Made by a program: the position numbers and the translations under genes
Source of the DNA: Octopus bimaculoides
Lineage: Eukaryota
Direction: 5' to 3'
Assembly: GCF_001194135.2 (NCBI RefSeq)
Contig: NC_068988.1
Coordinates: 95,152,033-95,186,018 of the forward strand
Length of the DNA: 33,986 bases
Notes under the pieces: model-generated
Told to the model about the DNA's origin: nothing
Seen by the model: the letters and a program-made list of their open reading frames with translations, nothing else
Databases searched by the model: none
Shown here: positions 12,706 to 25,046 of the stretch, piece after piece
Layout of the letters: the number at the start of each line of letters is the position of its first letter
How positions within the stretch are numbered: the first letter of the stretch is position 1

Positions 12706-12712
12706 GTTGTTG

Positions 12713-12777
<65 letters not shown>
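12611..12777. repeat. (TA)n followed by (ATT)n(GTT)n(ATT)n
   Basis: Directly visible. Confidence 0.95.
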
Positions 12778-12778
<1 letters not shown>

Positions 12779-12837
12779 GTACGAATATAAAATTATAATG
12801 TAATGAAAGAAATCGTGATATGAGTTAAACTGTAAAG

Positions 12838-13240
12838 GCGCAGGTATAGATGTGTAATGCATGAAGTTTGCTTTACACCCACGTGCTTCCAGGTTCAGTG
12901 CCATTGCACAGCATCTTCTGTGCCTTTTGACACATCCCCAAACTGACTGAAGCCTTGTTAGTAGATTTTTGGGCGGAAACTTTGCGGAAGTATAGAGTAT
13001 ATATACAGTATAGAGTATATATGTGTGTATATANNNNNNNNNNNNNNNNNNNNNNNNNNNNNNNNNNNNNNNNNNNNNNNNNNNNNNNNNNNNNNNNNNN
13101 NNNNNNNNNNNNNNNNNNNNNNNNNNNNNNNNNNNNNNNNNNNNNNATATATACATATGTGTGTGTGAGAGAGAGAGAGTTATAAGAATGATAATCTACT
13201 CGAGCCTCACCTGACAATAGATCGCTATTGGCACCAGGCG
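12838..13240 (+). mobile_element. Diverged copy of SINE family A (spans gap 13034-13146)
   Basis: AGGCGCAGG...CCAGGTTCAGTGCCATTGC...AAGCCTTGTTAGTAGATTTT.GGCGGAAACT aligns with the head and body of the 4975-5495 copy read on the minus strand. Confidence 0.55.
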
Positions 13241-13299
13241 AAACGCAAATAGACTATTATTTTTCGGCAAAATAAACACATCGTTTTAATGCACAGATA

Positions 13300-13620
13300 A
13301 AGTTAGAGATGTTTCAACCAAAGATTGGTCCAGGCTATGTCTAACTTAATAGCACCACCTGATAGGATTATCTAAATCCTTTTTAAGTCAAGTTTTGTGG
13401 TATTATGGTCCATTCAAGTAGTGAGTTCTTGGTGAGTGAGTTGTTTACAGGAATGGGTAGCTTATCTGGTATTCCTTGAAGAAATCTGTCCAGACTCCGT
13501 TTAAAGGTGATGGGATACTTTTCCTCTTCGATCTGTTTTGGGACAATGTTAAACAGAGCAGGGCCTGTTGAGGAAAATAAATTATGTCGCAGTGTACCTA
13601 TATGTTGTGATCCTGAATTG
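13300..13620 (-). mobile_element. CR1-like LINE 3' end
   Basis: Minus translation HIGTLRHNLFSSTGPALFNIVPKQIEEEKYPITFKRSLDRFLQGIPDKLP...NSLLEW; homologous to TTLRNNYFTPTGPALFNTIPKYAKTETDPIKFK at 27570-27675; fits the FNxLP...FKxxLDxFL end of CR1-group ORF2. Confidence 0.8.
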
Positions 13621-13710
13621 GGCAGGAATTTGAACTCAGAACGTAGCGGCAGACGAAATACCGCTAAGCATTTCGCCCCGCGTGTTAACGTTTCTGCCAG
13701 CTCGTCTCCT
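13621..13710 (-). mobile_element. tRNA-like head of SINE family B
   Basis: Minus strand GAGCTGGCAGAAACGTTA (A-box-like) ... GTTCTGAGTTCAAATTCC (B-box); the + strand GAATTTGAACTCAGAAC is shared with 15172-15188. Confidence 0.8.
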
Positions 13711-14952
13711 TGTTTCCCTTTAGTTTCTGCTGAGCTGGCACTGATCTGTAAAGTCTAAAGATCTACTTGGTCCTCGTATTGTTGATAAGTAAAGACCTGA
13801 ACGTCAGCACAATACAGCTCAAATTAGGTGAGTCCAATGACAAACCCTCCTGTTTAAGAACTCAGCTGCGGTTCGAACGATAACTTTGAAGCTTCCTTTC
13901 AAAGTTACGTCTTCTCTGCAGCCCATATCACTATCTCCACTGCACATCAGCAAGTTGAACTCAAGGATGCAGGTTAACACAACACTCGGCAATTCTAAAG
14001 TGTTGCCTTTACATACGGTAATACCTTAGCATTATTTTGTGGTTTTGGTGCAGCTTAAGAGTAAAGAGACACAACCGCCGGTACATTAGATGCAACTGGT
14101 GATAAACTAAGAACTGTCAATTTGCCGGTTTAAAAGTAATACAGCACATTATCTATTCGGTCATACATACTACCGATGATGATACAGCAATGGATGACTA
14201 TCAAATAACAATGATATAACATAACAATATGCTATGAATTCTAATCAGCTGTATTTTATCATTGAATACGATAATGATGTAGAGTCGATTTCGTTATTAG
14301 AACTACCGACTTCATGAATGAAGAAAACAACATTTTGTAGTTAATAAAACAACGTTTGTTATGCGGAAATCTATCTCCATTCTAAAATATGATCAAAAGC
14401 ATATATTTCGAATATAATTTGTTTTTAGTATCTCATCATATATTTTCCTAGTTTTCTATTGAATGTATTCGGATGGAAATTAAAATCCATTTTAATAATC
14501 AGGATCTGAATCGCATGCATTATGTTACGTTCTCCAGCTCCTATCAACCCGTCCAGCGTCCGACACGAAGAAAGAAGCACAGTGTCATAAAAAGCAGCCA
14601 TTTATTGATTTACTTCAATTTATGTATAACGTCCCAAGGATAAGAGAAACTACAATAACATCTGACTATTAAAGCGTCCGATTAAGCAATATCAAGTAAA
14701 TGTGTTGGTTTTGGAAGTTATTGAAGTAAACGCTACCAAGTGACGGAGAAAAGAAAATGGAAATTACTCTGGGGAGGAATTCCCGAACTGATAATGAATT
14801 AAAGATCAAATCTTTTCATAAATAGAACTTCTTCTCTACTTAGCTCTCTCACTCCCTTTCTCGTTCCCTCTCTCTCTTTTTCACACTGTGCATATATATG
14901 TTAGTATATATATGCGCGTGTGTTTTTGTGTATGTGTGCGTACGCGTGTGTA

Positions 14953-14999
<47 letters not shown>

Positions 15000-15035
15000 A
15001 TATATATTTATTTATTTATTTATTTATTTATTTAT

Positions 15036-15188
15036 TGCCCACAGAGGGCTAAACATACAGGAGACAAAGAAAGACAGACGAAGGGATTAAATCGATTACA
15101 TGGACCCCTGTGCGTAACTGGTACTTATTTAATCGCCCCCGAAAGGATGAAAGGCTAAGTCGACCTCGGCAGAATTTGAACTCAGAAC
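15036..15188 (-). mobile_element. SINE family B body and 3' end, head lost in the gap; (TTTA)n tail at 15006-15035
   Basis: Minus strand GTTCTGAGTTCAAATTCTGCCGAGGTCGACTTAGCCTTTCATCCTTTCGGGGGCGATTAAATAAGTACCAG. Confidence 0.85.
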
Positions 15189-15619
15189 NNNNNNNNNNNN
15201 NNNNNNNNNNNNNNNNNNNNNNNNNNNNNNNNNNNNNNNNNNNNNNNNNNNNNNNNNNNNNNNNNNNNNNNNNNNNNNNNNNNNNNNNNNNNNNNNNNNN
15301 NNNNNNNNNNNNNNNNNNNNNNNNNNNNNNNNNNNNNNNNNNNNNNNNNNNNNNNNNNNNNNNNNNNNNNNNNNNNNNNNNNNNNNNNNNNNNNNNNNNN
15401 NNNNNNNNNNNNNNNNNNNNNNNNNNNNNNNNNNNNNNNNNNNNNNNNNNNNNNNNNNNNNNNNNNNNNNNNNNNTATATATATATATATATATATATAT
15501 GCATATATATGAAAAACAAGAACATAAAAAACAACAAAATCGTGGAAAAGGAACTTTTGTTTTTGAACAACGAAAGAAACAAATAGAGAAACGAGACAGA
15601 CAACACAAAGAACAATCCC

Positions 15620-17000
15620 TTAACCTCGTTGGTTCACTCCATTACGGTTCCAGATTTCGAGCCTGAAACTTATCCGTACAATCGTTAAGACTACACGTGC
15701 TGAGTAGTTGACGCTGTGTCCATATCATAACAACTGGGTCGGTTTTTCGGCTTGATTTATCATCGATACTCCATAATACTGAGTGCCGTTCATTGATCTC
15801 TGAGTTTCCAAACGAACCGAGGCAATTGCGCGGAGTTTTTGTTTTTGCGTCGATCTTTCTCAGTGAGTGTAGATGGTAGTAATATCGACATTTGAAAGTG
15901 TTCAGTGTGAGTTCTGCGTAAATGCTTTTGAAATTGTCCAGAGACCTTATGCATACTCCATATGTCTGTAGTGTGGTAAAACAGGATCACCAGAATGAAC
16001 AGATGGATGCTTTTAGTAGTTAACTGGCTAGTGAGTAGAAGGTTGTACCTGGATGTAATACATGTCTTGGGATACGATGTTGTTCATGTAGATACGATGT
16101 TGTTCATGGGTATTGGAAAGCTTGTTGTATATGTGTTCCTGTGGCAAATGTCTTTTTATGACTTTAATATTCTAGCGATGTTAGTTAATAAATTGAACTT
16201 AAAAAGGTCACCCTTCTCTTGTTCTTCTCTGCAATGGAGGTGGAGATCTCTTCTCTATATGTATTGTAACTTCTCAATAAAGCCACTTCCTATTCGTAAA
16301 TGACAATACTATGAGGCGGCTCTGTTTAAGCTGCCCTACCCGAGGATAACTCGTGACTCTTTTGCGTATCCTAGTAATAATATTTGTAATTATTTTCTGT
16401 GTTAGTTGGAATTGTTGCCTATGTGTAGAGTGTATTCACGCGGATTCTGAAGTTGTGCTGTTTATCTTTGTTTAAGACTTGCCATGTCTGGATTATTTAA
16501 AAATAATGCATACAAAGGTAATATGAATAAAGAAACCGCAGTATCGCCGCTAATAAATGATTTCACGGCATCAAAAACAAAACATCCTGCAGATCATGTT
16601 TTGATATAAATCGATATAATCCATTTACATATACCGCCACACACAAAAGGAGCTGCTCTTATGTAGATTCTAATATAGGCAGGTCTACCAGGTGGCTAAT
16701 TCCCGTAGAATATATTATGCCTATGATAACCCACAGCGGTCTGTTGTTATATATTATTGTTTGTCTATCATGTTGTAATATTTTCATAGCGTTGGTTAGC
16801 GTAATGGGTGGGCATAGTTTACGGTGGCAATAAAAACGAGTCTGGTTATCGGCGTGTAATATTCTCTAATGCCAAAAAGTGCAAGGTGCTGCATGTTATC
16901 TCGATAAGTAGTGATATTTCTTTGGTTGTTTTCTTTCTTTCTTTTCCATGCTGCTTCTAGTAGACTTTTACCAAGAATTCGAATGTCGCCCTTTAACTGA
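15620..17000 (-). mobile_element. Degenerate Penelope-like element (RT remnants plus GIY-YIG endonuclease C-terminus)
   Basis: Minus-strand fragments in the expected order: LKGDIRIL..SLLEAA (cf. IKFDIxxFYPSI..LL.KA), TNIARILKVIKRHLPQEHIYNKL (cf. TNIGKxFLKLIDKHFPKxHxxHKIF), MNNIVSQ, SGQFQKHLRRTHTEHF...KNSAQLPRFVWKLRDQ (cf. FKxRYxNHxxSF...NSTELSKYIWxLK), VLWSIDDKS. Multiple frameshifts; the RT part is the weakest. Confidence 0.65.
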
Positions 17001-17637
17001 TTTTAAGTCTCGTGAATGAGTGATTGATAAAGTTACAGTTTTTTTTTAGATGAAATACGGTTGTTGGGTGGCTTAAATATCGACTCTATCTTCCACGTCT
17101 AATATGGCGGTATCGATGTTTCTAACAACTATTAATATCATTTAAGGCAATATAAGTATTCTTCCTTATATTTATTGGAAAGTGAGTTCGATAGCAAACG
17201 CTGCCATGTTTATCAATCTCATAAAAATCTTTGGTTGTATCCGAATTTCCAAGCGCCATATTCCTTTTTTGAAAAACTTATCTATTTTATTTCGACGTTC
17301 ATTTTGAAGCTGTTAGTAATATTCCTAACTTCATGAGTTTTTTTTAACCACTGGAATCATATAATTTCCGAACGGTTGTTACGAATGTTAGATTGTCAAA
17401 ATTTGGTTTTAGGGACGCCATGTTTTTGTCTATTTATCTTTGTAAGTGGATCATCACTTGTTACGTGATATCAACTTACATTTTAGCTTCCATTATGTAT
17501 TATCATAGAATGTATTCATTTGTTTATGTTTTTTATCTGTGAACTTCTATGTCTGTGAAGGTATACTAAAATGGATAGATATGTCACTGAGTTAGATATA
17601 TAACCATATCACACGTTCTCTCTCTTCTCTCTCTCCC

Positions 17638-17640
<3 letters not shown>

Positions 17641-17691
<51 letters not shown>
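17641..17691. repeat. (ATCT)n tetranucleotide repeat
   Basis: Directly visible. Confidence 0.95.
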
Positions 17692-17693
<2 letters not shown>

Positions 17694-18901
17694 ATCACTG
17701 TTCTCCATTTTTAGCTTAAAGAACGATACTCACCAGCAATTGTTTTTATCGATAAATTCCTTATAACCTGCGCGTTTTTTTATTATTTAATATGACTTTG
17801 TTTTTACTGCTTAGACTGCAATGGAGGGCGGATAGTGTGCATGACTTTATATTTTCTAGGCTTCTTTATCTAGAGGGGGAATGGAGAATTTATTCTCAAA
17901 ACGGAGATTTGTTCCGATTGCTTGCAACAGAGCGAACTCTGCTAAGGGAACCCAGGAGGAGAGAGTCGTGTTAAACCGGAAGAAATACCACAAGGCACCT
18001 TTTCTCAACCCTCAAACAATACCGACCCGCAGCCTTCCACTTGAACTGTATTTAGCAACCCTGGAAACATAAAGAACTAAGATGAGCTCGGTGTGATGTG
18101 AACTTAGATTACAGAGAGCCAAAACGAAAATCAAAACTCATATGTCCCTGCTCATTAACGACTCCGGAATACTTTAGTTTCTCGTCCCTTTCAGTGTCAC
18201 TCTGAAAGAAATTCTCCCCACTGAAATCAAAGTTGGGTTCCGCCATGTTTAGAAATACAAGCCATGCAACACCTCAGGGCGACATGGCTGAGTGACAACC
18301 TGGAATCAGAAGCTCATAAAAAGAGAAAGTTGGTATACGATAAATGCACGGAAAAGTAAACGATGAATGTTTTGTAACACAAAAACTTTAATGATTTATT
18401 TTATTGAAATATTTATTTTATCAGTTAAATATTTGCAATTAAACTGGCGAGGATTTCGCACTCTGTGAGAAATGAAAATAACTGAGCACGCCAAATATTG
18501 AAATTACTTTGAAATAAGAATATTTCTCAAAAACGTGTCCTAAAATAACATTGGGCAGATAAACCTTAGAGAAAGCATCAGCTTCTGACGAGTAAAAACT
18601 AGTTTCGCCTTCATTTGAAAGGGAATCAGAAACAGGCATTTCGTCTTACATTAGCTGCTGTTTCTTTCTGTCAGTCATATCAATCGATATGCAAAATCAA
18701 TTATAAAAAAGTTTACATTTGGCAATTGATGTTTGAAGAACCGAAATTGTGGTTCTCTGGACTTGTGTATCACCGAATGATATTCTAAGCACAGAATAAT
18801 TCACAAGACTAATTATACGTAATTATTACAATTGATTGCATAAATACATCAAAACAAATGTATGACTATTATGGTTTAGTGGTGTATTAATTAAATTATG
18901 T

Positions 18902-18950
<49 letters not shown>

Positions 18951-21026
18951 TACATACCAACATAGCCTCAAATAACATATTGTTGACGCATGGATGCCCC
19001 TACACGTCTGCTTGCTGCCTTCGTATAACCACACACATACACACACACATCAACATTCTTTTACCTCCCTGTCTTCCTGACCCACAGAAAATCGCTAACA
19101 CTCTACTTACACTCACCTGCAATCGAATGCGCTCACTCACACTCATCAATATACACACACGTGCATTTGTTTTCTCACACACCTTCCTCCTACTTCACCT
19201 CTCCAGTCTTATTCGACCAATATATGCAACACCTTCCCAACCACTGACAATTCAGCTCACTATCACACACACACATACACACACACACACACACACGTCT
19301 TACTCTTTTCTCATCTTATTACCTCCCCTTATTTTATTTCTTTCCTCTTCCACATTTTTTTTTCTTTTCTTTATGCCAAACCCTTCTTGACTTCCAGGAC
19401 CTTGCACCAGTATCAAAAGTTTTGCTATTTTCTAACATTATATTTCTCAGACTATATTCGCTAACGTGTCATTTAGATTTTAAGTCCGGCGGTTTTAGTT
19501 TATGGGAGACTTGGCTATGACTTCTCGAAGAGACGGCGATCATGTAGAACTTAGTCTCACATTTACGTGATAGGCGGGGGGGGGGGAATATACGTGTGTG
19601 TGAGTGAGTGAGTGTATGTAATTGTACATAAGCCTGCACACATTCTCTTTCTCTCTCACTCACACACACACATATATATATGTTTATATATATATATATT
19701 TCTTTCTATATGTCTATGACTGTAAACATATACTGAAGTACGGAGTCCACTGCACGAATGCTAAGATCTATGTCATCCCTCACTTCAATGGTTTCTTGTA
19801 AACAAGCAGTATTAAAGGGGCGTCGGATGGAATGGAATGAACACGTTCCTGAATTACCTTCCTACACTGAATTATAAATTACTTAAAATCTCTCTCCAAA
19901 TAGTTAAGGTTTCTTGGACCGCCCGCCAAACCATAAATATTGTGGCGATTACATATGCTATGAAACAGCTGTTATTCGGCGACTCCTGAAATACGATTGT
20001 AGTCTTGTCAAAATCTCCAAATGCTGAAGGTATTATCAAAATTTCAGTCGAATTGTTTCTAACACTCAAAACCGCACGCACATGTGTGTGTGCTTGTGTG
20101 TGTGTGTGTGTGTGTGTGTGTGAGTGTGTGTGTGTGTTGTTTCATGTTGTTACTGTTGGTGATGTCCTGTACCCATATATGCATGTGTATATATATNNNN
20201 NNNNNNNNNNNNNNNNNNNNNNNNNNNNNNNNNNNNNNNNNNNNNNNNNNNNNNNNNNNNNNNNNNNNNNNNNNNNNNNNNNNNNNNNNNNNNNNNNNNN
20301 NNNNNNNNNNNNNNNNNNNNNNNNNNNNNNNNNNNNNNNNNNNNNNNNNNNNNNNNNNNNNNNNNNNNNNNNNNNNNNNNNNNNNNNNNNNNNNNNNNNN
20401 NNNNNNNNNNNNNNNNNNNNNNNNNNNNNNNNNNNNNNNNNNNNNNNNNNNNNNNNNNNNNNNNNNNNNNNNNNNNNNNNNNNNNNNNNNNNNNNNNNNN
20501 NNNNNNNNNNNNNNNNNNNNNNNNNNNNNNNNNNNNNNNNNNNNNNNNNNNNNNNNNNNNNNNNNNNNNNNNNNNNNNNNNNNNNNNNNNNNNNNNNNNN
20601 NNNNNNNNNNNNNNNNNNNNNNNNNNNNNNNNNNNNNNNNNNNNNNNNNNNNNNNNNNNNNNNNNNNNNNNNNNNNNNNNNNNNNNNNNNNNNNNNNNNN
20701 NNNNNNNNNNNNNNNNNNNNNNNNNNNNNNNNNNNNNNNNNNNNNNNNNNNNNNNNNNNNNNNNNNNNNNATATATATATATATACGTACACACATGCAT
20801 ACATTTATATTTATACATACACTTGTGTATTCGCGTGTGCATAAGAGAAAGAGAGGGGGCGAGGGGAGAGATAGTTTCTATATTTTATGCATTTTTACTG
20901 ACATGGTTGTTACTTGACATCTAAAACCTGGTGACCGTCACATTGTTTGTGGCGCAGTAATGCTTAACTATGTCTCATATTCATTTTGTCCACCTTAAAA
21001 CTTGTCCACTTTTATATTTTTTTCAG

Positions 21027-21154
21027 ATCACCCTAAAGTTCAGAGAAACAATATTGCCAGTTTTCATGAGGTTCCTGCAACATCAGTGGCGTTGGCACCA
21101 GCTCATTCCACAGACATAAGAGACATTCTTCTCCACCCACTATTTATAGTATAA
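21027..21154 (+). CDS. Candidate exon, (D)HPKVQRNNIASFHEVPATSVALAPAHSTDIRDILLHPLFIV* in phase 1; frame and 3' boundary uncertain
   Basis: Strong acceptor CTTTTATATTTTTTTCAG| followed by a higher-GC, codon-like stretch; no consensus donor found. Confidence 0.3.
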
Positions 21155-21270
21155 TAACTGCTATATATCAAGAAAGACGTCATCCAACACTAAATGGAAT
21201 ATATTATCGAGTAATGGCATTTAATTTCATTACTTTAATGAAAAAAAAATATCCCAGCAAAATGCGCAAA

Positions 21271-21271
<1 letters not shown>

Positions 21272-21346
<75 letters not shown>
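21272..21346. repeat. (AAT)n microsatellite
   Basis: Directly visible. Confidence 0.95.
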
Positions 21347-21351
<5 letters not shown>

Positions 21352-21828
21352 AAAACAAAAAGAAGTAACAATAGAAAATGTAAAATGGGTCTTGCATGCA
21401 ACTTTGACAACTTCAAATGTTATGTAAATCAACCTGGATAAAACTCACAGCATCAATTAAGCGGTGCCGTGGAAATCTATTTTATGGTTTCACACAGGAA
21501 TATGATACCAATTAGATATGTAAAATACAGTGCCAGCTATATGTGTGATAGATAGACTTAAAGAGTTTGTTCGTTGAATTTGCATAGGCAATTCTCCTAA
21601 ACTAAACGAATATGGATGGTCGAACATTTGTAAGTATATAGCCGTGCAACACTTTTTGATGACATGATCTTGAAAGAAACCTACAATAATTAAATATGGT
21701 AGATCTATAATAAATAAATGAAAAGGAAAAAGAAAGGAAAAGACAAAACCACTTTTGTATTGCATGTTTGTTTTCGCTCTAATGTATCAAGTTATTAAAT
21801 GTGTGTCTGTTACTTGTCTTACTAACAG

Positions 21829-21940
21829 GTTCAATAATATAAGTGAATCGCGTAAAATGACTCAAGCTCCACCAGATATAAATGGGAACTCTAATTGGAT
21901 GATGTCACAGCGAGAGGCTATTAGTGCTACATCAGTGTGA
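21829..21940 (+). CDS. Candidate terminal coding exon, (R)FNNISESRKMTQAPPDINGNSNWMMSQREAISATSV*, ending in a class I PDZ-binding-like motif
   Basis: Acceptor CTGTTACTTGTCTTACTAACAG|, open frame of protein-like composition to TGA 21938-21940, AATAAA 30 nt later and a U-rich downstream element. Confidence 0.5.
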
Positions 21941-21970
21941 ATAGTCGACATTACTGCCTTACAAAGAATT

Positions 21971-21976
21971 AATAAA
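21971..21976 (+). promoter_or_regulatory. Putative polyadenylation signal
   Basis: AATAAA followed by TTCGTTGTCTTTCTTTTTCCC (GU/U-rich); supported only by context. Confidence 0.35.
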
Positions 21977-22387
21977 TCATTGATTCGTTGTCTTTCTTTT
22001 TCCCTTTCGAAACACAATATCGATTAGAACAATATTTTTAATACAACAAAAATAGGGTTTAAATTAATCCAATCTAGCGCAGAAAATCACTGGTAGAAGT
22101 TTATCAAGCCAACAATGTTGCCTATATGTAGATTCATGATCTGTGAGAATCAGCTGTTAAATCTCACAATTGTCTTAGAATATGGAAGGATGCTTTGGAT
22201 AATGACGGCCTGGATGCACAGAATGAGAAATAGCAAAACAAAAAACATGATGGTCTTGGCTGGGAGGTCTTTTGATCATTTTCCTACTGATTGGAGGTGA
22301 CTTGGTAGATGTTTGGAGATCGATAATGTGTCAGACTATTGGTGGACACTTTTGCTCTTCGAATCCTGCTCCCAATAATGCAAACGC

Positions 22388-22507
<120 letters not shown>

Positions 22508-22750
22508 AAAGTGTGTGTTTTAGATCCTGGTAAGTTATAAAGGTTGGCTATTTCCAGAAAAGCACTCACCCACGTTGTGGGGTATCAACACTGTCAGATT
22601 CCAGACTAATATCGAAATTCTTCAAGTGTAGAAAATCCTGGTTTCATGAAGGCAACACCGGGTGTCGTGAAGAGTGAATTATAATCCAAATAATAAGAAG
22701 ATAAATAATTCCTTTAACATAGCTTTAATGATTCGTTACAGTTGTTTGGT

Positions 22751-23027
22751 TACCAACGTTGCAACGCCAGTTTACACAATAATTCGAAGTGAAAATTTAC
22801 GTAATGTTTGCAGTTTTAGACATTAGAGTGGTCCTTCATCAAATTTGCATGAAAGGTGCGCTTTCACACTGTGCGTCTTGCAGGCGTTGTCTGGAAGACA
22901 CACCATGTGACGGCACACCTTTGATGCAAGTCTGATGTAGTGCCACTCTAATGTCTAAAACCGCAAACATTACGTAAATTTTCACTTCGAATTTTTGCGC
23001 AATCTCGCGTTGCCAGTAGAGTTGGTA
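22751..23027. mobile_element. Fully palindromic MITE-like element (about 280 bp)
   Basis: 22781-22831 and 22943-22993 are reverse complements at 50/51 nt; pairing continues inward to a 7-nt loop (22884-22890) and outward to TACCAAC/GTTGGTA. TACAGTTG at 22737-22744 resembles a Tc1/mariner TA+CAGTTG end. Confidence 0.8.
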
Positions 23028-23599
23028 CTCATTCAATACGAAAAAAAAAAAAAACATTGTATAGTGAATATGGCGTATTCATCATTCTGCATACCGGAAA
23101 AGAATAAATATTTTCAATGGTAAAAACTTATAAATGACAAAATCAAGGCTTTTACTATAATTTTTTACTGTTCAATGCTTTTTATTTCAAGGCAAAATAA
23201 TATCACATTTATATTAATATATGCTCAAGACGAAAACATACAAAAAGAAACTGGTCAGGTGCTATGAAAGTATTAGGAAATATTGTATGTAAAATATTTA
23301 AAGAATGTGACATTTTGAGCCGAATAGTAACGATACTTTTGTGAAGGAAAGAAAAAACAAAACAGTTTGAAATACCTCTTGTACCAAATGTGGATGAAAA
23401 TATAACAAAGCTGGTTATAGAGGGAATTCAGAAGAACCAAGATTAATATTGCGTTTGTTGAGAAATTCTTGTGACAATCGTAAAAGAGAGCCTCGTTCAA
23501 CGTTTCTCGCGTGTTTTAGTTTCATTTGTAGTCCAGGCCATGCTACAGTAATATATAATTCTTTCAATGCGAGTTTTTAAATTAAGCATTCTGTTGCTT

Positions 23600-23604
<5 letters not shown>

Positions 23605-23691
<87 letters not shown>
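23605..23691. repeat. (AG)n microsatellite
   Basis: Directly visible. Confidence 0.97.
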
Positions 23692-23693
<2 letters not shown>

Positions 23694-24767
23694 CAATTCT
23701 AAATACTTTCATGAAGAATATATATTGATTACTGATGACGAAGAAAAATATTTGCGACAACTCTTTGAATCTTTGGATGAGATTTGATTCTGTAAATACG
23801 ACAGCAATTCCAGATGTCCTAAATTTCTATGAAGTACCAGGTTCTTTTCAATAGTGATATTTTTTTGTTCTTGTAGACTCATAACAATGTGTATATTTAT
23901 AGTTATTCTGACACACACACATGCACAAAGAATACACAAGCACATGCATACACTCACGCGAACACAATAATAAACACACCACTATATTTAAGCACATCCA
24001 TATATACACGCACAGATATACACATAGATTTATGAACAGAATACTTTATCAGCCTCATCTCTGTGACAAGTGTCAACAAATGTTATTTTCATTTTCATTC
24101 ATCAACAGCAAGGAATATAAAAACAAAAAACAATAAGAACGGTCTGACTCTCCAGAAATACTATGCAGTTTTCTAAGTTTAATCTTTAACCCAAGCAAAT
24201 ATTTATGAACGGAATAAGAGATGAAAATATATTGCCACACATACCAAAACAATAACCTTTTATAGATTTAATAATCAAAGGCGTTGGTATTTATTTTATC
24301 GTAGTTCATAAGACTATTTGCATTTTCAGTGCAAATTCCAGCATCGTTGATTTAGTGTCAATCGCATAAATCACTAAACCTCCGACCGACAAACATGCTT
24401 TCTATTCTTCTCTCTAGATTTTCTACCATACGACAGTTACTCCGGCTCCTCCTGTATCATGGCCTATATCATGTCACCTATTCATTCATTTCATCCCTGC
24501 CACCGTTACCCGTATTGTCTCTGCCCCACCCATACATCTACCACTACTCTAAACAATTATATTTACATACAGTTTCCCAACCAGGGCCATCATTGCTCTA
24601 AATATTCCTTCTCGCACAAGATATTTCAGCGACCGTCATATTGTAACTCGTGCAACAAGAAAGTTAAAACGCGCCAATTACTGAGAGAACCTACAATTAC
24701 CATTAGCAATGTACTTTCATTGAGACAGATTTCTACACCCGCCAAAATACTGGGTCCTATGTTATTC

Positions 24768-25046
24768 TGGCACTCCGTCGGTTACAACGACGAGTGTTCC
24801 AGCTGAACCTGCTCGGGAAATTAACGTGACTGAGCACTCCACAGACACACGTGCTTTTAACGTAAGTCTCAGCGAGATTGAGCGTGACTCAGAATGTAAC
24901 AAGGTTGACCTAATTAATTTTTGCCAGCTGAGTGGACTTGGGCAACGTGAAATAAATTGTCTTCCTCAAGGACACAACACACTGCCGGAAATCGAACTCA
25001 AAACTTTACGATTGTGAGCCGTATACTTCTAACCACTATGCCATAC
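24768..25046 (-). mobile_element. tRNA-derived SINE family C, variant 1
   Basis: Minus strand GTATGGCATAGTGGTTAG (A-box), GAGTTCGATTTCC (B-box), GTTGTGTCCTTGAGGAAGAC central motif, and a 3' part ...GTGGAGTGCTCAG..CACGTTAATTTCCCGAGCAGG...GTAACCGACGGAGTGCCA shared with 33130-33292. Confidence 0.85.

Noticed and set aside
13724-13827. Exon bounded by TTTCCCTTTAG and AG|GTGAGT
   Set aside because: Stop codons in all three frames; could only be non-coding, and the acceptor borders a SINE head.
16071-16110. 20-bp tandem duplication GATACGATGTTGTTCATG
   Set aside because: Ordinary slippage inside a dead Penelope copy.
18585-18608. CTGACGA hammerhead-like core
   Set aside because: Followed by TTTCG rather than a stem II and GAAA on the same strand.
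22524-22529. 6-nt micro-exon ATCCTG between TTTTAG and GTAAGT
   Set aside because: Poor pyrimidine tract, sits next to a microsatellite and downstream of the putative poly(A) site; such a pattern is expected by chance in 34 kb.
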